64,000 bases of DNA from positions 59,722 through 123,721 of the forward strand of contig JAGXGS010000021.1 of the NCBI GenBank assembly GCA_024636585.1, given 5' to 3'. Below, piece after piece: positions 15,811-25,266 of the stretch. Numbering within the stretch: the stretch's first letter is position 1; each line of letters starts with the position of its first letter. This DNA comes from Thiogranum sp. (GTDB lineage: Bacteria > Pseudomonadota > Gammaproteobacteria > DSM-19610). The translations under genes and the position numbers were made by a program. The notes beneath the pieces were generated by a model that was given only the letters and a program-made list of their open reading frames with translations, did no database searches and had not been told where the DNA came from.

Positions 15811-17262
15811 ATGTCTATAGACGAGCATCACCCGTCCACCTCTGCGGGTGGAGACCTCTCTGCAAGCCGGATACAGCAGACCGACAACGACCTGCAGCTG
15901 CTCGCGTCGATTCTTGAACATACCCATATGCTGGTTGCTTATCTCGATACCGGGCTGAATTTCGTACGTGTCAATCACGCCTATGCGCGCGCTGATAACC
16001 AGACCCCGGAATACTTCGTCGGGAAGAATCATTTTGCGCTTTATCCTCACCCTGAAAATGAAATAATTTTCAGGCGTGTCATCAGCTCCGGCATGCCATA
16101 TTTTGCACATGCGCGGGCTTTCGAATACGCCGCCGATCCGCAACGCGGCACCAGCTACTGGGACTGGAGTCTGATGCCGACCAAAACTGACGACGGCAGG
16201 GTCACTGGCCTGGTATTCACGCTCGCGGATGTAACCGAGCTGGTGTCTTCCCGTCAGGACGTGATGCTGTTCAAGTCGATCGTTCGATCATCCAGCGAAG
16301 CCATTGTCATTGCCGATCAGCGCGGACACGCGGTGTTCGTGAACCAGGCTTACGAAGAGCTGTTCGGGCATGCTGCGGACGCAGTACGTGGCCGCGATTG
16401 TCTGCGTGAGTTTATCGATCCGGCGAGCCTTCCATCCGACATCAACGACCTGCTGCTTTGCGGAGCCAGCGCCATCTGGGAAGGTGAAGCGGCGGCAGTG
16501 GATAGAAACGGCCGCCGTTTCCCGGTGTGGATGCGCCTCGACTGTGCCAGTCACGAGGAAGCCAGCAATCACCATTATGTCGTGTTCGCGCATGACATCA
16601 CCGCGCAGAAACAACAGGAGCAACAGCGCCTCGACGAAGAAAAGCTCCGCCACGAAACATTCATTCGCGAAATTCATCATCGCATCAAGAATCATCTGCA
16701 GGGGGTCATCGGACTGCTCAGGAACAGCATGGCGGAAGAGCCATCGGTGCCGGAAAACTTCAATGTCCTGATCAGCAAGATCAGCGCTCTGGCCGGCGTC
16801 TATAGCATCAGCAGCAGACATTTAGGCCCGGCGCTGCCGCTGGCGGACATCCTGAATTCGGTAACCACGTCGATCAGTTGCTCTCCCGGCACCCTCTGCC
16901 GGCTTGACGCCGATAATCCGGGGCCGGCCGTATGGATCGACAGCGACGAGTCCGTGCCGATCGCGCTGGTGCTGAATGAGCTTGTAACCAACGCCTGCAA
17001 GCATCGACGGAATGCCGCTGCGCCAGTAACGATCAGCCTGCGCATGGATGGATCGCAGGCGGTAGTACGCATCAGCAGTGCCGGCTGCCTGCCACCCGGC
17101 CTTTCATTCCAGCAGCGCACCGGGATTGGCATGGGTCTCTCACTGGTGCACAGCCTGTTGCCGCGCGACTGCGCTGCACTGTCGATTGAACAGTGTGGAA
17201 CAGACGTCATTGCCCGGTTGACGATGGCGCCACCGCTGCTGGTCCTGGCGGCTGGCGAATAA
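15811..17262 (+). CDS. Two-PAS sensor histidine kinase, HisKA_2
   Basis: EIHHRIKNHLQ; NELVTNACKH; GMGLSLV. Paralog of the divergent kinase. Confidence 0.88.
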   Translation: MSIDEHHPSTSAGGDLSASRIQQTDNDLQLLASILEHTHMLVAYLDTGLNFVRVNHAYARADNQTPEYFVGKNHFALYPHPENEIIFRRVISSGMPYFAHARAFEYAADPQRGTSYWDWSLMPTKTDDGRVTGLVFTLADVTELVSSRQDVMLFKSIVRSSSEAIVIADQRGHAVFVNQAYEELFGHAADAVRGRDCLREFIDPASLPSDINDLLLCGASAIWEGEAAAVDRNGRRFPVWMRLDCASHEEASNHHYVVFAHDITAQKQQEQQRLDEEKLRHETFIREIHHRIKNHLQGVIGLLRNSMAEEPSVPENFNVLISKISALAGVYSISSRHLGPALPLADILNSVTTSISCSPGTLCRLDADNPGPAVWIDSDESVPIALVLNELVTNACKHRRNAAAPVTISLRMDGSQAVVRISSAGCLPPGLSFQQRTGIGMGLSLVHSLLPRDCAALSIEQCGTDVIARLTMAPPLLVLAAGE

Positions 17263-17321
17263 CCCCAGGGCGCTACGCTACACTTGTATTCTGATCAGGT
17301 GGCGGGCAACGGGAGGCAGAC

Positions 17322-17558
17322 ATGTTCCATACTGACGGCGGCATGGTTTTCGGCGGATTTTTCATGTGGATCTTCTGGTTGCTGGTGGTGATACTGACAT
17401 TTGCGGCGATCTGGTATCTGGCCACCAACACCAGCGGCGGAAGACGATCATCGCTCCCACCGGAAGAAGACGCACTGGAGATTCTCAGGAAGCGCTATGC
17501 ACGCGGCGAAATCGATTCGGAAGAATACCAGCACCGGCGACAGCAACTGGAGAAATAA
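17322..17558 (+). CDS. Small membrane protein with SHOCT domain
   Basis: One TM helix plus ALEILRKRYARGEIDSEEY; GGAGG RBS. Confidence 0.85.
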   Translation: MFHTDGGMVFGGFFMWIFWLLVVILTFAAIWYLATNTSGGRRSSLPPEEDALEILRKRYARGEIDSEEYQHRRQQLEK

Positions 17559-17582
17559 TCGCCGCCAGATAACCACCGCGAT

Positions 17583-17602
17583 GCATTGAAAAATCTCAAT
17601 GC
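17583..17602 (+). promoter_or_regulatory. Crp/Fnr-type palindrome 1 (PLD gene)
   Basis: GCATTGA-AAAATC-TCAATGC with perfect arms; -10-like CAGTAT at 17622. Confidence 0.75.
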
Positions 17603-17648
17603 ACGCTGTCTTTGGCAGACACAGTATACGCAGGTGCCCGAATCCCCA

Positions 17649-19799
17649 ATGAAGCAGCAGCATATTCTGAAGCCAGGCAGGAACTGCTGGCGCATCCGGC
17701 GCGCCGAACGGGTGGCATTCCTGATCGATCCTGCGCCCTACTTCGAAAACCTTTACGATGCGCTCAACCAGGCGAGAGACCAGGTGCTGGTTCTGTCCTG
17801 GGACATTTACAGTCGCCTGCGCCTGATCGGGCTGCCGGACCGCGGGAACCGCAAGCGCCCCGATCTCACAAAGCTGCTGAACCTGCTGGTGGAGCGGCAT
17901 CCGGACCTGCAGATCTACCTGCTGAACTGGGACTATTCAGTCTTCCATACTCTGTCGCGCGAATGGCTGCCCGCCCACCGGCTCGACTGGTCGACGCATG
18001 CCCAGGTGCATTTCAAACTGGACCACCAGGTCCCGATCGGCTCCTCGCATCACCAGAAAGTTATCGTCATCGACGACGCCCTGGCTTTTGCAGGCGGCAT
18101 GGATCTCACCCGTGAACGCTGGGACACCAGCGAACACCGGCGTCGCGACGCGCGCCGCAAGGCCGTGGACGGCAGCCGCGGGCGATCCTATCATGACGTG
18201 CAGATGGCAGTATCCGGCCCGGTCGCCGGCGCGCTCGGCGATCTGGCCCGGGAGCGCTGGCGACGCGCCACTGGCCAGGTTCTTCCATGCTCCGCGCGCG
18301 CCGGTGCGGACGTCTGGCCAACTGGACTGACAGTTGACCTGAAAGATGTCGATGTGGCCATCGCACGCACCGAACCGATCAACGGCGACCACGGCGAAGT
18401 GCGGGAAATCGAAAATCTGTACCTGGATGCCATCGCGGCGGCGGATCGCTACATCTATATAGAGAACCAGTATTTCACTGCCCCGGCAGTGGCAAAAGCA
18501 CTTGCCGCCCGACTGGCGGATCCCGAAGGTCCGGACATCATCATCAATATGCCGTTGGCCACTGATGGCTGGTTCGCCAATCTGTCCATGGACGTCATGC
18601 GCGTCCGTCTGATCAAACAGCTGCGCGCGGCCGACCGACACCAGCGACTGGCGATCTACTATCCACACCTGCCGCAGCGACGCGCCGAACCCATCAACCT
18701 GCACAGCAAGTTGATGATCGTGGACGACCGGTTCCTGCGTATCGGTTCAGCCAATCTCAACAACCGCTCCTTCGGGCTCGACACCGAATGCGACCTCGCC
18801 ATCGAGGCCAGGGCTGGTCAGCAACGGGTGATCGATGCCATACGCGCATTGCGCAACCGGCTGCTCGGAGAACACCTGCAGGTAAGTTCACAAGCCATCG
18901 ATGCGGCCGAACAACGACATCAGTCGCTGCGACATGCCATCGAATCCTTGCGCAGCAGCGGGCGCAGCCTGTACGAACTGGAACCGGAGCTGGCGCACAT
19001 CCAGCACAGCCCCTTCAGTGATGCGGAACTGATCGATCCCGAGCGCCCGGTCAGTCCGGACACGCTGCTGGATCGTCTGGTAGCCGTCCAGGACACCCGG
19101 CCGGCCGGGCGCAGAGTGCTCGGCTGGCTGCTGGCAGTGTTCGCCACGCTGACGGCGGCAGCGGCAGCCTGGCATTTCAGCGATGTTTCGGAATGGGTGG
19201 ACGCCGCCCTGCTGAGCGAGCGCATGGCGCAAATACGTAGCGCGCCTGCAAGCCCGCTGATTTTTATCGCCGGTTTCGTAATCGCGGGGTTTCTACTGGT
19301 ACCGCTGACGGTCATGGTAATCGCCACAGCGGTGCTGTTCGGGCCGCTGTATGGCTTTGCCTACGCCTTCAGCGGCGCCCTGGCAAGCGCCGTTGCCGGC
19401 TACGCGGCAGGTGTCGCGATAGGCCGTCATGGTGTACGCAAGCTGGTCGGAAGGCGCGTCCAAATCGTGAGCCATCGACTGGGTGAACGCGGGCTACTGG
19501 CGGTCATGGCGGCGCGCGTAGTGCCGGTGGCGCCGTTCACTGTAATCAATCTGGTAGCCGGTGCTTCGTATATCCGGCTACGCGATTTCACCTGGGGCAC
19601 TGCTCTCGGAATAATCCCCGGCATGCTGGCGATTGTATTGCTGGTTGATCGCGCCACCGCCACCCTGCGCGATCCGGGCTGGACCAATATCCTGACCCTG
19701 ATCCTGGTGAGCCTGATAATCCTTGTCGCCGGTTACCTGCTCTCCCGGCAACTGCTGGCACACACCCCGGCACAGCCGCACAAGCCAAGGAACCTCTGA
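17649..19799 (+). CDS. Phospholipase D-family protein fused to a VTT/TVP38 (DedA-like) membrane domain
   Basis: Two HKD motifs (HHQKVIVIDD, LHSKLMIVDD); C-terminal TM region with RVVPVAPFTVIN. Confidence 0.88.
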   Translation: MKQQHILKPGRNCWRIRRAERVAFLIDPAPYFENLYDALNQARDQVLVLSWDIYSRLRLIGLPDRGNRKRPDLTKLLNLLVERHPDLQIYLLNWDYSVFHTLSREWLPAHRLDWSTHAQVHFKLDHQVPIGSSHHQKVIVIDDALAFAGGMDLTRERWDTSEHRRRDARRKAVDGSRGRSYHDVQMAVSGPVAGALGDLARERWRRATGQVLPCSARAGADVWPTGLTVDLKDVDVAIARTEPINGDHGEVREIENLYLDAIAAADRYIYIENQYFTAPAVAKALAARLADPEGPDIIINMPLATDGWFANLSMDVMRVRLIKQLRAADRHQRLAIYYPHLPQRRAEPINLHSKLMIVDDRFLRIGSANLNNRSFGLDTECDLAIEARAGQQRVIDAIRALRNRLLGEHLQVSSQAIDAAEQRHQSLRHAIESLRSSGRSLYELEPELAHIQHSPFSDAELIDPERPVSPDTLLDRLVAVQDTRPAGRRVLGWLLAVFATLTAAAAAWHFSDVSEWVDAALLSERMAQIRSAPASPLIFIAGFVIAGFLLVPLTVMVIATAVLFGPLYGFAYAFSGALASAVAGYAAGVAIGRHGVRKLVGRRVQIVSHRLGERGLLAVMAARVVPVAPFTVINLVAGASYIRLRDFTWGTALGIIPGMLAIVLLVDRATATLRDPGWTNILTLILVSLIILVAGYLLSRQLLAHTPAQPHKPRNL

Positions 19800-19805
19800 T
19801 TAATC

Positions 19806-19891
19806 CGTGACTGCGAGGCGCGTGCCGACGTGGCAATCTCCAGGCGCTTGATTCTGCTGTATGAGATTGCCACGCTTCGCTCGCAATGACG
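19806..19891. repeat. REP/BIME-like palindromic repeat (GTCATTGCGAG...GCAATC family), inverted pair
   Basis: CGTGACTGCGAGG...GTGGCAATCTC and GAGATTGCCACG...CTCGCAATGACG between convergent genes. Confidence 0.8.
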
Positions 19892-19918
19892 TGGAGATCT
19901 CAATTAATAAGAGGCGCC

Positions 19919-20653
19919 CTAGCTCTCGGCCTCACTGGCCAGCGCGCCCAGATCGCAACGGAAACATTCAGTATCGCCCTTGTCCAGCGGCACCAGGATC
20001 TCGAGTCGCTTGAAATCGGCGAGCGTCCGACTGATGCTCTCCGGCGTCACGCCCAGCACCTCGGACATTTCCTCGCCCGTCAGCAGCACCACTTCGCGCG
20101 GCCCGTGTTCGTCATCCATGTCGATAAGAAACTGCACCAGTCGCGCCACCCGGCCGCGTACCGCGCCGGTAGAGAAGTCAGTGATCCAGGCGTCGGCGGC
20201 ATTCAGGGAACGGTGCCACTGTTCCAGCAATTGGCTGTAGGCAAGCGGATCGTCATCTTTCAACGACAGCAACACGTTGAGCGGAATCTGGTATGCCTCG
20301 ACCTGGTCGACGGCGATGGCGGTGTGTCCGTGCGCGTCGCCGAGCAGCCCGTTGAGTCCGAGTACGCTGCCGCGTTTGTGCAGGCGCACAATGCGAGCCC
20401 GCCCATCGGGAAGATAACTGAGTAACTTTACCTTGCCGCGGCGTGGCACATACAGCACCTCGACATCAGCGCCCTCGTTGTATAGCGTTTCACCTGGCTG
20501 ATACACGCTCGACCGCGTCAGTACCGGCTCCTGGCGCAATAAATCAATGATCGTGGCGTCGACTCCGGCGCGGCGCAGTTCTTCCGCTGCCCGCAGTCCT
20601 GCGGATGGTTGACTACCGGCAAGTTCTTCTTGTCGCATCGATATCGTCTCCAC
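19919..20653 (-). CDS. Crp/Fnr-family transcriptional regulator
   Basis: cNMP-like domain (GETLYNEG, GKVKL...DGRARIV) plus HTH LTGEEMSEVLGVTPESISRTL. No N-terminal Cys cluster. Confidence 0.9.
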   Translation of the reverse strand: METISMRQEELAGSQPSAGLRAAEELRRAGVDATIIDLLRQEPVLTRSSVYQPGETLYNEGADVEVLYVPRRGKVKLLSYLPDGRARIVRLHKRGSVLGLNGLLGDAHGHTAIAVDQVEAYQIPLNVLLSLKDDDPLAYSQLLEQWHRSLNAADAWITDFSTGAVRGRVARLVQFLIDMDDEHGPREVVLLTGEEMSEVLGVTPESISRTLADFKRLEILVPLDKGDTECFRCDLGALASEAES

Positions 20654-20689
20654 TGTCGGTGCCTCAGCGCTTTTTTACCATACCAGAAC

Positions 20690-20709
20690 GCAATGAAATT
20701 TATCAATGC
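20690..20709 (+). promoter_or_regulatory. Crp/Fnr-type palindrome 2 (sodB / regulator divergent region)
   Basis: GCAATGA-AATTTA-TCAATGC; -10 TATACT at 20730. Confidence 0.75.
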
Positions 20710-20772
20710 TATGGCAGTGGGGCCTTTCTTATACTTGTGGTTTGACAAGATAACCGCAGCCTGGAGATACAC

Positions 20773-21399
20773 ATGAGCAAACCTCACGAATTACCACCGC
20801 TACCCTACGAACTGAACGCGCTGGAACCGGAAATCTCGCGCGAAACTCTGGAATACCACTATGGAAAACATCACGCCACTTACGTGAACAAGCTCAATAA
20901 ACTGATCGAGAATTCCGAGTATTCCGACATGCCACTGGTGGACATAGTCAGAACCGCCGACGGCGCCATATTCAACAATGCGGCGCAGGTCTGGAACCAT
21001 ACATTCTACTGGAGCTGCCTGAGCCCTGAGGGCGGCGGCGCACCGGAACATGAAGTGGCACAGGCCATCGAACGGGATTTCTCGTCATTCGAATCGTTTC
21101 GCGAGAAGTTCGACGAGGCCGCCACCGGACAGTTCGGGTCCGGCTGGGTATGGCTGGTACGTCAAGCAAACGGTCAGCTTGAAGTATTCAGCACCGGGAA
21201 TGCCGATACACCGATCCGCAACGGAGCGACACCGTTACTGACCTGCGACGTCTGGGAACACGCCTATTACCTCGACTATCGCAACAGCCGCCCTGATTAT
21301 CTGAAGGCATTCTGGAAACGTGTCAACTGGGAGTTCGTAAACCAGCAGTTTCTGATCGCCAGCGAGCAGCAACAGGCCGGTCACGCAGTCAACCAGTAG
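20773..21399 (+). CDS. sodB: Fe superoxide dismutase
   Basis: TLEYHYGKHHATYV, FNNAAQVWNHTFYW (Fe-type AAQ), DVWEHAYY. Confidence 0.95.
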   Translation: MSKPHELPPLPYELNALEPEISRETLEYHYGKHHATYVNKLNKLIENSEYSDMPLVDIVRTADGAIFNNAAQVWNHTFYWSCLSPEGGGAPEHEVAQAIERDFSSFESFREKFDEAATGQFGSGWVWLVRQANGQLEVFSTGNADTPIRNGATPLLTCDVWEHAYYLDYRNSRPDYLKAFWKRVNWEFVNQQFLIASEQQQAGHAVNQ

Positions 21400-21416
21400 C
21401 GCCCGTTACCCGAAGT

Positions 21417-21453
21417 CCCTGCCTGCCTGGTGAAAAGCGCCGGGCAGGCGGGG
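21417..21453. terminator. GC-rich hairpin between convergent genes
   Basis: CCCTGCCTGCCTGGTG / CGCCGGGCAGGCGGGG stem; no clear U tract. Confidence 0.45.
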
Positions 21454-21460
21454 CAGCGCG

Positions 21461-22252
21461 TTACGGGTAAGAATGCCGCTGGTAGTGCCTGAACAACTGC
21501 ATGTCGTAATCGTGTTCGATAGCGCGCTGATCATAAGGCGGAGCACTGCACATTGCTTCGTGGGTCAGGTCGACGCGCAGGCTGCGCTGCACCCAGTCGA
21601 CCATCTCGATCCATCCGGGATTGATGACCAGCAGCCGGTCCCCGGCATCGATTTCCAGATAACGGATTGCCCAGTAACGTGCATCGATCACGATGTCGCG
21701 AATCCGGCCGACCTCAGCGTCCCGGGCCATCAGCGTGCAGCCAGTGATTTCCGCGGCACCATGCAGCCGGGTCTGATCAGAGCGCAATGCCGTGACTCTG
21801 GGCATCGCGCCTGCCAGTGTCCGGCGGTCGCTGGCGCGCGGGAGATCAGTCAGTGCGGGGTCCCAGTACCGCGGCCAGCCATAATACTGGTAGAGACTTT
21901 CCTCATCACCCTGCGAAATAGGTCGCCTGCTGCTGACCGGCGGACTGGCTTCGATCTGTCCACGTTCCAGCTCAATATGGATAAGGTTCTGGTGCTCGAA
22001 TATTTCACCGACGGCGACCGGCGGGATCAGCAGTTGTTTAGCGTCCGGAGAATGACCGCCAGCCATGGCCAGGTAACGCAGTCTCCAGGTCACATCATCG
22101 AAATACAGTTCCTCCAGCACACCGATTTCGCCGTCTACGGCATGCAGCACGCAATGCCGCAGCCGCGCTGCGGAATGCACATCATTGACGATGGCCGCGT
22201 TGTTCGTTTCGGGCAGGCCCCGCCCCTTTTTTCCGGATTTACTCTGCATCAT
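21461..22252 (-). CDS. Tandem PRC-barrel domain protein
   Basis: Two repeats of AxDGEIG/VG..LYFDD/IVID..W.IRYL. Confidence 0.8.
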   Translation of the reverse strand: MMQSKSGKKGRGLPETNNAAIVNDVHSAARLRHCVLHAVDGEIGVLEELYFDDVTWRLRYLAMAGGHSPDAKQLLIPPVAVGEIFEHQNLIHIELERGQIEASPPVSSRRPISQGDEESLYQYYGWPRYWDPALTDLPRASDRRTLAGAMPRVTALRSDQTRLHGAAEITGCTLMARDAEVGRIRDIVIDARYWAIRYLEIDAGDRLLVINPGWIEMVDWVQRSLRVDLTHEAMCSAPPYDQRAIEHDYDMQLFRHYQRHSYP

Positions 22253-22317
22253 TTATTAACCGCTTAGCATCCATCTCCATTCCCGGTGAGTCGCCACAGT
22301 TTGGCTGCCAGCTGCCT

Positions 22318-22352
22318 GAGATTGCCGCGTCACTGCGTTCCTCGCAATGACG
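22318..22352. repeat. REP-like repeat, single unit
   Basis: GAGATTGCCGCGTCACTGCGTTCCTCGCAATGACG, same family as 19806, 42601 and 44762. Confidence 0.78.
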
Positions 22353-22429
22353 GCGACGTTGCCAGGACACTGGGCAAATCGCTCCTGTCGGTTTGGCATT
22401 TGACAACCTATGCGGATGCCGGGAGCTGC

Positions 22430-22449
22430 GCATTGAAAAACCTCAATCA
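22430..22449 (-). promoter_or_regulatory. Crp/Fnr-type palindrome 3 (PRC-barrel gene)
   Basis: GCATTGA-AAAACC-TCAATCA; minus-strand -10 TAGGTT starting at 22410. Confidence 0.65.
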
Positions 22450-22456
22450 CGAGCAA

Positions 22457-23722
22457 TCACCAGAGCAACAACCATCCCACCAGCAGGCCGGTCGCCGAAC
22501 TCACCAGTAATGGCACGCCGACACGCAGGCCGATGCGGGCGCCGCCGATGACGGCTGCCATACCGCCCTTGACGAGGCTGTTGACAGCGGCCGCGATCAG
22601 TATGCCGCTGACTGCGATGCGGATGCCCAGCTGATCTTCGCTCATACGCGCCAGCGATAACGTAATAGCATCGACATCAGCGACGCCCGAGGCCACCGCC
22701 AGCATCAGGACACCGGCTTCTCCCAGCCACGCCTGCAATGCCTTGCTCAGCAATAGCACCAGGGTCAGCAGCAGGCCGAAGGAAACTGCCGTCCGGAGCT
22801 CCAGTGGATTGTTGAGCGGCGCTTCAGTTTCTGTCTTGGCGGGTTTCGACGACCACCAGTAATACAGCGCCGGCGCATACACCAGCACCGTCATCACTGC
22901 TGCCGGCAGCAGCAATGGACGCAGCAACTGCATATTCAGAATGGCCGCGATCAGCAGCATGCGCGGAAACATGGTGCCGCAGGCAAACAGGATACCGATA
23001 CCCAGCAGCGGCACCTGCGCCGGGCGACGACGCGCGGCCCGCGCCAGGTGCAATGTCAGGGCGGTGGAGGACGCAAGCCCCCCGAACAGGCCGGTAAACA
23101 GCGTGCCCCGGCGCGCACCGGCAATCTTGATGGCGAAATAGCCGACAAAGGAAATCGATGCGATCAGCACTACCATCCACCAGATCTCATACGGATTGAG
23201 CGCCTCCCAGGGTCCATAACCCTGGCGCGGCAGGACCGGCAGCATGACTACCGAAATGAGCAACAGCTTGAGTCCGGCATGCAGTTCGTGACTTTCCAGG
23301 GCCTGGATCCAGCGGTGCAACAGCGGCTTGTAACCGAGCAACAGCGTAGTCACTACTGCCGCGGCACCCGCTACTGCGACTTCGCCCAGTCCGGCCAGGG
23401 CGCCGAAAATAAACGCCAGCAAGCTCGCCACCAGGCTGGTAATACCGACATCGGCCCCGCCTTCACGGCGATTCACCACGTACACCGTCGTCAGCGCGCC
23501 CGTCAGACCGATGAATATCAACCCCACCAGTAGCTCGCCGACCTGCTGGGCGAGCACCGCCGAACCGCCCCCGAGCAAGCCGATCAATCCATAGGTGCGC
23601 AGGCCGGCGACCCGCTGCCCTTCCTCGACGTCCCGGGTTTTCCAGCCTCGCTCCACACCCATCAACAGGCCGAGCAACAGCGCCGCCGCCAGATGGTAAT
23701 AGATCAGTTGTTCCTCGCTCAT
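22457..23722 (-). CDS. MgtC/SapB-family membrane protein with DUF4010
   Basis: GLLMGVERGW...AGLRTYGLIG; GGLASSTA; SGVADVDAI; ~12 TM segments. Confidence 0.87.
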   Translation of the reverse strand: MSEEQLIYYHLAAALLLGLLMGVERGWKTRDVEEGQRVAGLRTYGLIGLLGGGSAVLAQQVGELLVGLIFIGLTGALTTVYVVNRREGGADVGITSLVASLLAFIFGALAGLGEVAVAGAAAVVTTLLLGYKPLLHRWIQALESHELHAGLKLLLISVVMLPVLPRQGYGPWEALNPYEIWWMVVLIASISFVGYFAIKIAGARRGTLFTGLFGGLASSTALTLHLARAARRRPAQVPLLGIGILFACGTMFPRMLLIAAILNMQLLRPLLLPAAVMTVLVYAPALYYWWSSKPAKTETEAPLNNPLELRTAVSFGLLLTLVLLLSKALQAWLGEAGVLMLAVASGVADVDAITLSLARMSEDQLGIRIAVSGILIAAAVNSLVKGGMAAVIGGARIGLRVGVPLLVSSATGLLVGWLLLW

Positions 23723-23802
23723 AGGATGGCCCGCGGTCCGTAGGGAATGGCCGACTCATATGGAAAATCGTATTGTGATATTGTGCCGGTTTGACAGGCG
23801 CA

Positions 23803-23822
23803 GCATTGAAGGACATCAATGC
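23803..23822 (+). promoter_or_regulatory. Crp/Fnr-type palindrome 4 (fumC)
   Basis: GCATTGA-AGGACA-TCAATGC with perfect arms; -10-like GATTAT at 23842. Confidence 0.75.
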
Positions 23823-23877
23823 CGCACCTGTCGCCAGCATCGATTATCGTTGAATCCGTCAAGCCCCGGAGGCCCGC

Positions 23878-25263
23878 ATGTCCACAGAAATACCTTACCG
23901 CGTTGAACAGGACAGCATGGGTGAAGTCCGGGTTCCCGAAGGCGCCCTGTATGGCGCCCAGACCCAGCGCGCGGTGGACAATTTTCCGCTCAGCGGGCTG
24001 CGCATGCCACGCGCATTCATTCGCGCGCTGGGGCTGATCAAGGCCTGCGCCGCTGAAGCCAATACCGGTCTGGAACAGCTCGATCCGGCCATCGGGGCGG
24101 CTATCGGCGCAGCTGCGCAACAGGTAGCGCGTGGCGAGCATGATTCACATTTTCCGGTCGATGTTTTTCAGACCGGTTCCGGCACCAGCACCAACATGAA
24201 TGCCAACGAAGTGATTGCACGACTTGCTGCGCAGCAACTCGGCGCCGGCGTGCATCCCAATGATCAGGTCAATCGCGGCCAGAGCAGCAATGATGTGATC
24301 CCCACGGCGATTCACGTGGCGGCCCGCCTGGAATGCCATGAACAGCTGCTGCCGGCGCTGGCGCAGTTGATTGCCGCCATCGACGCACGCGCGGTGGAAC
24401 TCGACAATGTGGTAAAGACCGGCCGTACCCATCTCATGGACGCCATGCCGGTGACCCTCGGTCAGGAACTGGGCGGCTGGAGCGCCCAGCTCGGCGCCGC
24501 CAATGCCCGCCTGGTCGCGGTATTGCCACGCCTGGAACAACTGGCTCAGGGTGGCACCGCGGTGGGCACCGGCGTCAATGCGCACCCGAACTTTGCGGTG
24601 CAATTTGCCGCGGCTCTGCGCGCCGCTACCGGCCTGCCCTTTCAGCCCGCGCAGAATTTCTTTGCCGCCCTGTCGAGTCAGGACACGGCAGTGGAGCTCA
24701 GCGGCCAGTTGCGTGGCCTCGCCGTCACGCTGATGAAAATCGCCAACGATCTGCGCTGGATGAACAGCGGTCCGCTGCACGGCCTGGCTGAAATCCGGCT
24801 GCCCGCCCTGCAACCGGGAAGCAGTATCATGCCGGGCAAGGTGAATCCGGTGGTTCCGGAGGCGGTCGCAATGATCTGTGCACAGGTACTGGGCAACGAT
24901 GCCAGCATTGCGATAGCGGGTCAGTCCGGTAATTTTCAGCTCAACACCATGTTGCCGGTCATTGCCTACAACCTGTTGCAGAGCATCGAACTGCTGGCTA
25001 ACGCCAGCCGCCTGCTGGCCAGCCACGCGATTGCCGGCCTGCAGGTGAATGAAGCGCATCTTCAGGCGGCATTGGCCCGCAACCCGGTACTGGCGACGGC
25101 ATTGAACGAAGCACTTGGCTATGATCGAAGCGCTGCCATTGCCAAGCGCGCCGCCAGTGAAAATCGTCCGGTCCGGGAAATCGCCGCAGAGATGACTGAC
25201 TTGTCCGCAGAAGAACTCGACCGACTGCTCGACCCGGTGCGGCTGGCGCGACCGCACGACTGA
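23878..25263 (+). CDS. fumC: Class II fumarate hydratase
   Basis: RVEQDSMG, YGAQTQRA, FQTGSGTSTNMN, GRTHLMDA, GSSIMPGKVNP. Confidence 0.95.
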   Translation: MSTEIPYRVEQDSMGEVRVPEGALYGAQTQRAVDNFPLSGLRMPRAFIRALGLIKACAAEANTGLEQLDPAIGAAIGAAAQQVARGEHDSHFPVDVFQTGSGTSTNMNANEVIARLAAQQLGAGVHPNDQVNRGQSSNDVIPTAIHVAARLECHEQLLPALAQLIAAIDARAVELDNVVKTGRTHLMDAMPVTLGQELGGWSAQLGAANARLVAVLPRLEQLAQGGTAVGTGVNAHPNFAVQFAAALRAATGLPFQPAQNFFAALSSQDTAVELSGQLRGLAVTLMKIANDLRWMNSGPLHGLAEIRLPALQPGSSIMPGKVNPVVPEAVAMICAQVLGNDASIAIAGQSGNFQLNTMLPVIAYNLLQSIELLANASRLLASHAIAGLQVNEAHLQAALARNPVLATALNEALGYDRSAAIAKRAASENRPVREIAAEMTDLSAEELDRLLDPVRLARPHD

Positions 25264-25266
25264 GCG

